Positions 35,201-37,791 of a stretch of 37,791 bases of DNA are shown here, piece after piece; position 1 is the first letter of the stretch, and the number at the start of each line of letters is the position of its first letter. The DNA is taken from positions 1 to 37,791 of the forward strand of contig RBNJ01000178.1 of assembly GCA_003990765.1 (NCBI GenBank), written 5' to 3'. Both the position numbers and the translations under genes were made by a program. The DNA is from Jimgerdemannia flammicorona. Taxonomy: Eukaryota. The notes under the pieces were generated by a model. It made no database searches and was not told the DNA's origin. It saw nothing but the letters and a program-made list of their open reading frames with translations.

Positions 35201-37791
35201 GCCTCCAGCAAGCTCACCCAGCTACAGGGTATTTGGGCCCAGCTGCTGAGTTTAGAGGAGATTGATGATTAGAGGGTAGTACATGCCAAATTGGAGGTGG
35301 TGGAGCTGTAAACTGTTTTGAGAGAGGATGAGGAGATGCATGTAAAGGAGATGGTTGCTCAGTTGCAGTGGTAGAGAATAGAGGAGAGAGAGAGGCCCTC
35401 TAGATATCTTTCTAGGCTACTTTGGGCTCGGTGGACAAAGCAGAGGTGGGATAGCATGGTTTATTTGGAGAGTGTGCTTGTTCATGGCACACAGCAGATC
35501 CTTGGCTCTCTCAAAGAATGATGAAGTAATTTATAGAGTAAGGAGGATGGGGGTGCCAAAACTGTGGACATTGAGCATACTAAGGAGGACTAGAACCTAT
35601 CTCCAGTAGATAGTATTGAGTAGCTATCTTGGCCAGTTCAGGAGGGGGAGATTCAGTGAGTCATCTTCACTACAAAGGCTGGCACAGCTTCTAGTAAGGA
35701 TGGGCTCTCTTGGGATTTCTGAAAATGAATAGTGGGGATCTCTGGTATGTTTGGTAAAATGGTGGCATTGTGTGATCATGTTCTCTTAAGAGAGGTGGGT
35801 TGGCAAGCAGGATCTTGGCTTGGTGACCTTGCTCTATAAGAATAAGGGTGATAGAGAAGATTAGAATAATTGGTGGCCAATTATGCTCCTGGGTATGGAT
35901 AGGAAGTTAGTTACCAAGATAATTGTGGCATGACTATAGTATGTAGTCCAACAGGTGCTGGGTGAAGAGCAGTATGGCTTTATTGGGGGCTGACTCATTT
36001 ATGATAGTACTACATAGGTGTATGGTATCATTGAGGGGATAAACACAAGTGAACTAAATGGGAGACTAGTTTTTTGGATCAGGAAAAAGCCTATAATTAG
36101 GTGAGATATTACTGACTGGGTAGTGTGTTGGACAGAATTGGGGTCCTGTGATAATTCCTGATTTCTATGATCAGTTTACTAGAAGATAGCAAGGTGGCAA
36201 TTTTGTATAATAAATATAAGAGAGTGACCTTCATCCTAGGAAGAGGAGTTCTGCAAGGGAATTCACTATCACCTATTCTTTATACTCTCTCTTTAGAGCC
36301 CCTTATCAATAGGATATGGCAGAGTGTAGCAAAGTTGTCAGTGTTTGGAGTTGTTTGGAATGTGGGCGCCTTTGTGGATGATATAGCAGTGGGACTTGGC
36401 TCTGTAGTAGATATGGGGGTATTGAAGGAGATGGTGGAGTGGTATGAGATATGTTCTGGGGTACAGTTGAATTGGGATAAGTGTAAGATGATGGTGCTAG
36501 GGAATAGAGTGGTGGGGGGGGACATCATTGGAACAATTGTCTCAGCAGGTAAGGCTGTGTGGTACCTTAGAGTGTATCTGTCTATATATGAGTCTGTTCC
36601 AACTACTGAAGATATAGTACTTGGCCTACTATCTGAATCTTCCTCCTTAGGTGGTGTGGCAGAAGTTGATGATGGCTAAGGATTGAATCTGAATAGAGTG
36701 TCAAAGTCTGATTGGTTGGAGCACCCTGGTACTTCCAGTAAATCAAAGGGGTCTTGGTCTAGTGGATTTCCTGAAGAAGCTTTATTGTTTGGGGGCCTGG
36801 TGGTTGAGGAGGGCTGTAGAACTGTAAGGGGGTGGCTGGGTCCCTTTGATACAGAAGGTGTAGGAGATGAGGGTTTCCCTGAGGGGCTCTACAGGGGATC
36901 TTCTGTCATTGGTGGGCCTGTAGAGCAGGGGGAGATTGCACTTCAGGGGATTCTGGTGGGGGATTGCTGTGGGGGTACATTACATTGGACTGCAGTGGTG
37001 AGGTGATGAGGGGGATGTACTTTGGGGGCTGGTAATGTGGTATTGAGATAGACTCCTGCTTGGGGGCTCTCTTCTTATTGAATTTGATATTGAGAATGAG
37101 ATTGAGTGTCAGCAGGAGATGGGGCTAGATGTGTGGCCAGTGGGTTGGCAGGATATTGGTATAAGTAAGAAGTGTGACTAGACTAGAGTTTGGTCCTGGA
37201 GTGCTGCAGTCAAGCAGTGACTTCCCCCTAAGTTTTGAGTAGTATAGTAGTATATGCTGAGGAGGAATGTCATATTGGACTTCTGCTCTAGATATTTGGT
37301 TGATGGTGAGAAGTTTGAGTGTGAGGTTTGTCTTAATGTGGATCAGAAAAGAGGTTTTGTACAGATGCCATAACATTGGCTGAGAGAGTGTGAGGTGCTT
37401 GGCAATTTTTGAATTACTATAAGAGAGTACCTGGGGGTTCAGAGGAGGAGAGATATAGTGGGGGACTATTGGGAGAACTTGAAGGTATGGCTTATAGGGG
37501 GAGTGGGGAATGAGTGGCATATGTATGGCTGGATCTTAGCGATTTGAGTGGGGCTAGCTGGGCATTGGCTCTTATATTTGAGGAAGAGTGATAGTAGAGC
37601 CTTACCAAGAGGTTATTGCGATGGGATAGATTGATGGAGAATCTCTTGACTGGCTGGTGGGTGGGCTGAGGGCCTCAGGATGGCTGCCATTGCCAGCTTA
37701 TTGATAGGGTCTGCCAGCAGAGTGAGGTCAGATAGTGGTGATTGCAGGATGAGTGGCATTCAAACAAGTGGGGTCCCTCTTAGGGGGATTG
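32243..37791 (+). mobile_element. LINE copy E, near full length and degraded; runs off the window end
   Basis: ORF1 homology ending at TAG 34254. ORF2 starts at 34286 (ATA; NSTTNIFSLNVNGL..LQD) and contains DQEKAY, GVLQGNSLSPILY and AFVDD. Confidence 0.9.

Overview
This window is a eukaryotic transposon cluster, probably fungal (inferred from the element types and the mutation pattern), with no recognisable intact host gene. It holds five large copies and one 3' fragment of a single L1/Tx1-like LINE family. There is also a ~13 kb Ty3/gypsy element (LTR-gag-PR-Cys-rich region-dUTPase-RT-RH-IN-LTR), a second gypsy pol remnant and three Ty1/copia remnants. All are nested and degraded mainly by C>T/G>A transitions. 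The most unusual item is a ~1.14 kb insert (28540-29680) with no credible protein gene, built of a short leader, a 9-bp VNTR, a unique 3' part, AATAAA and poly(A), and flanked by a 15-bp target-site duplication (TSD). It looks like an SVA-like non-autonomous retroposon mobilised by the local LINE. Other highlights are the gypsy dUTPase with upstream zinc-finger-like motifs, an LQD (not LQE) motif in the LINE endonuclease, an invariant 31-nt inter-ORF spacer, and a strand-polarity switch near 16.6 kb. Boundaries and alignments were read by eye and are approximate.
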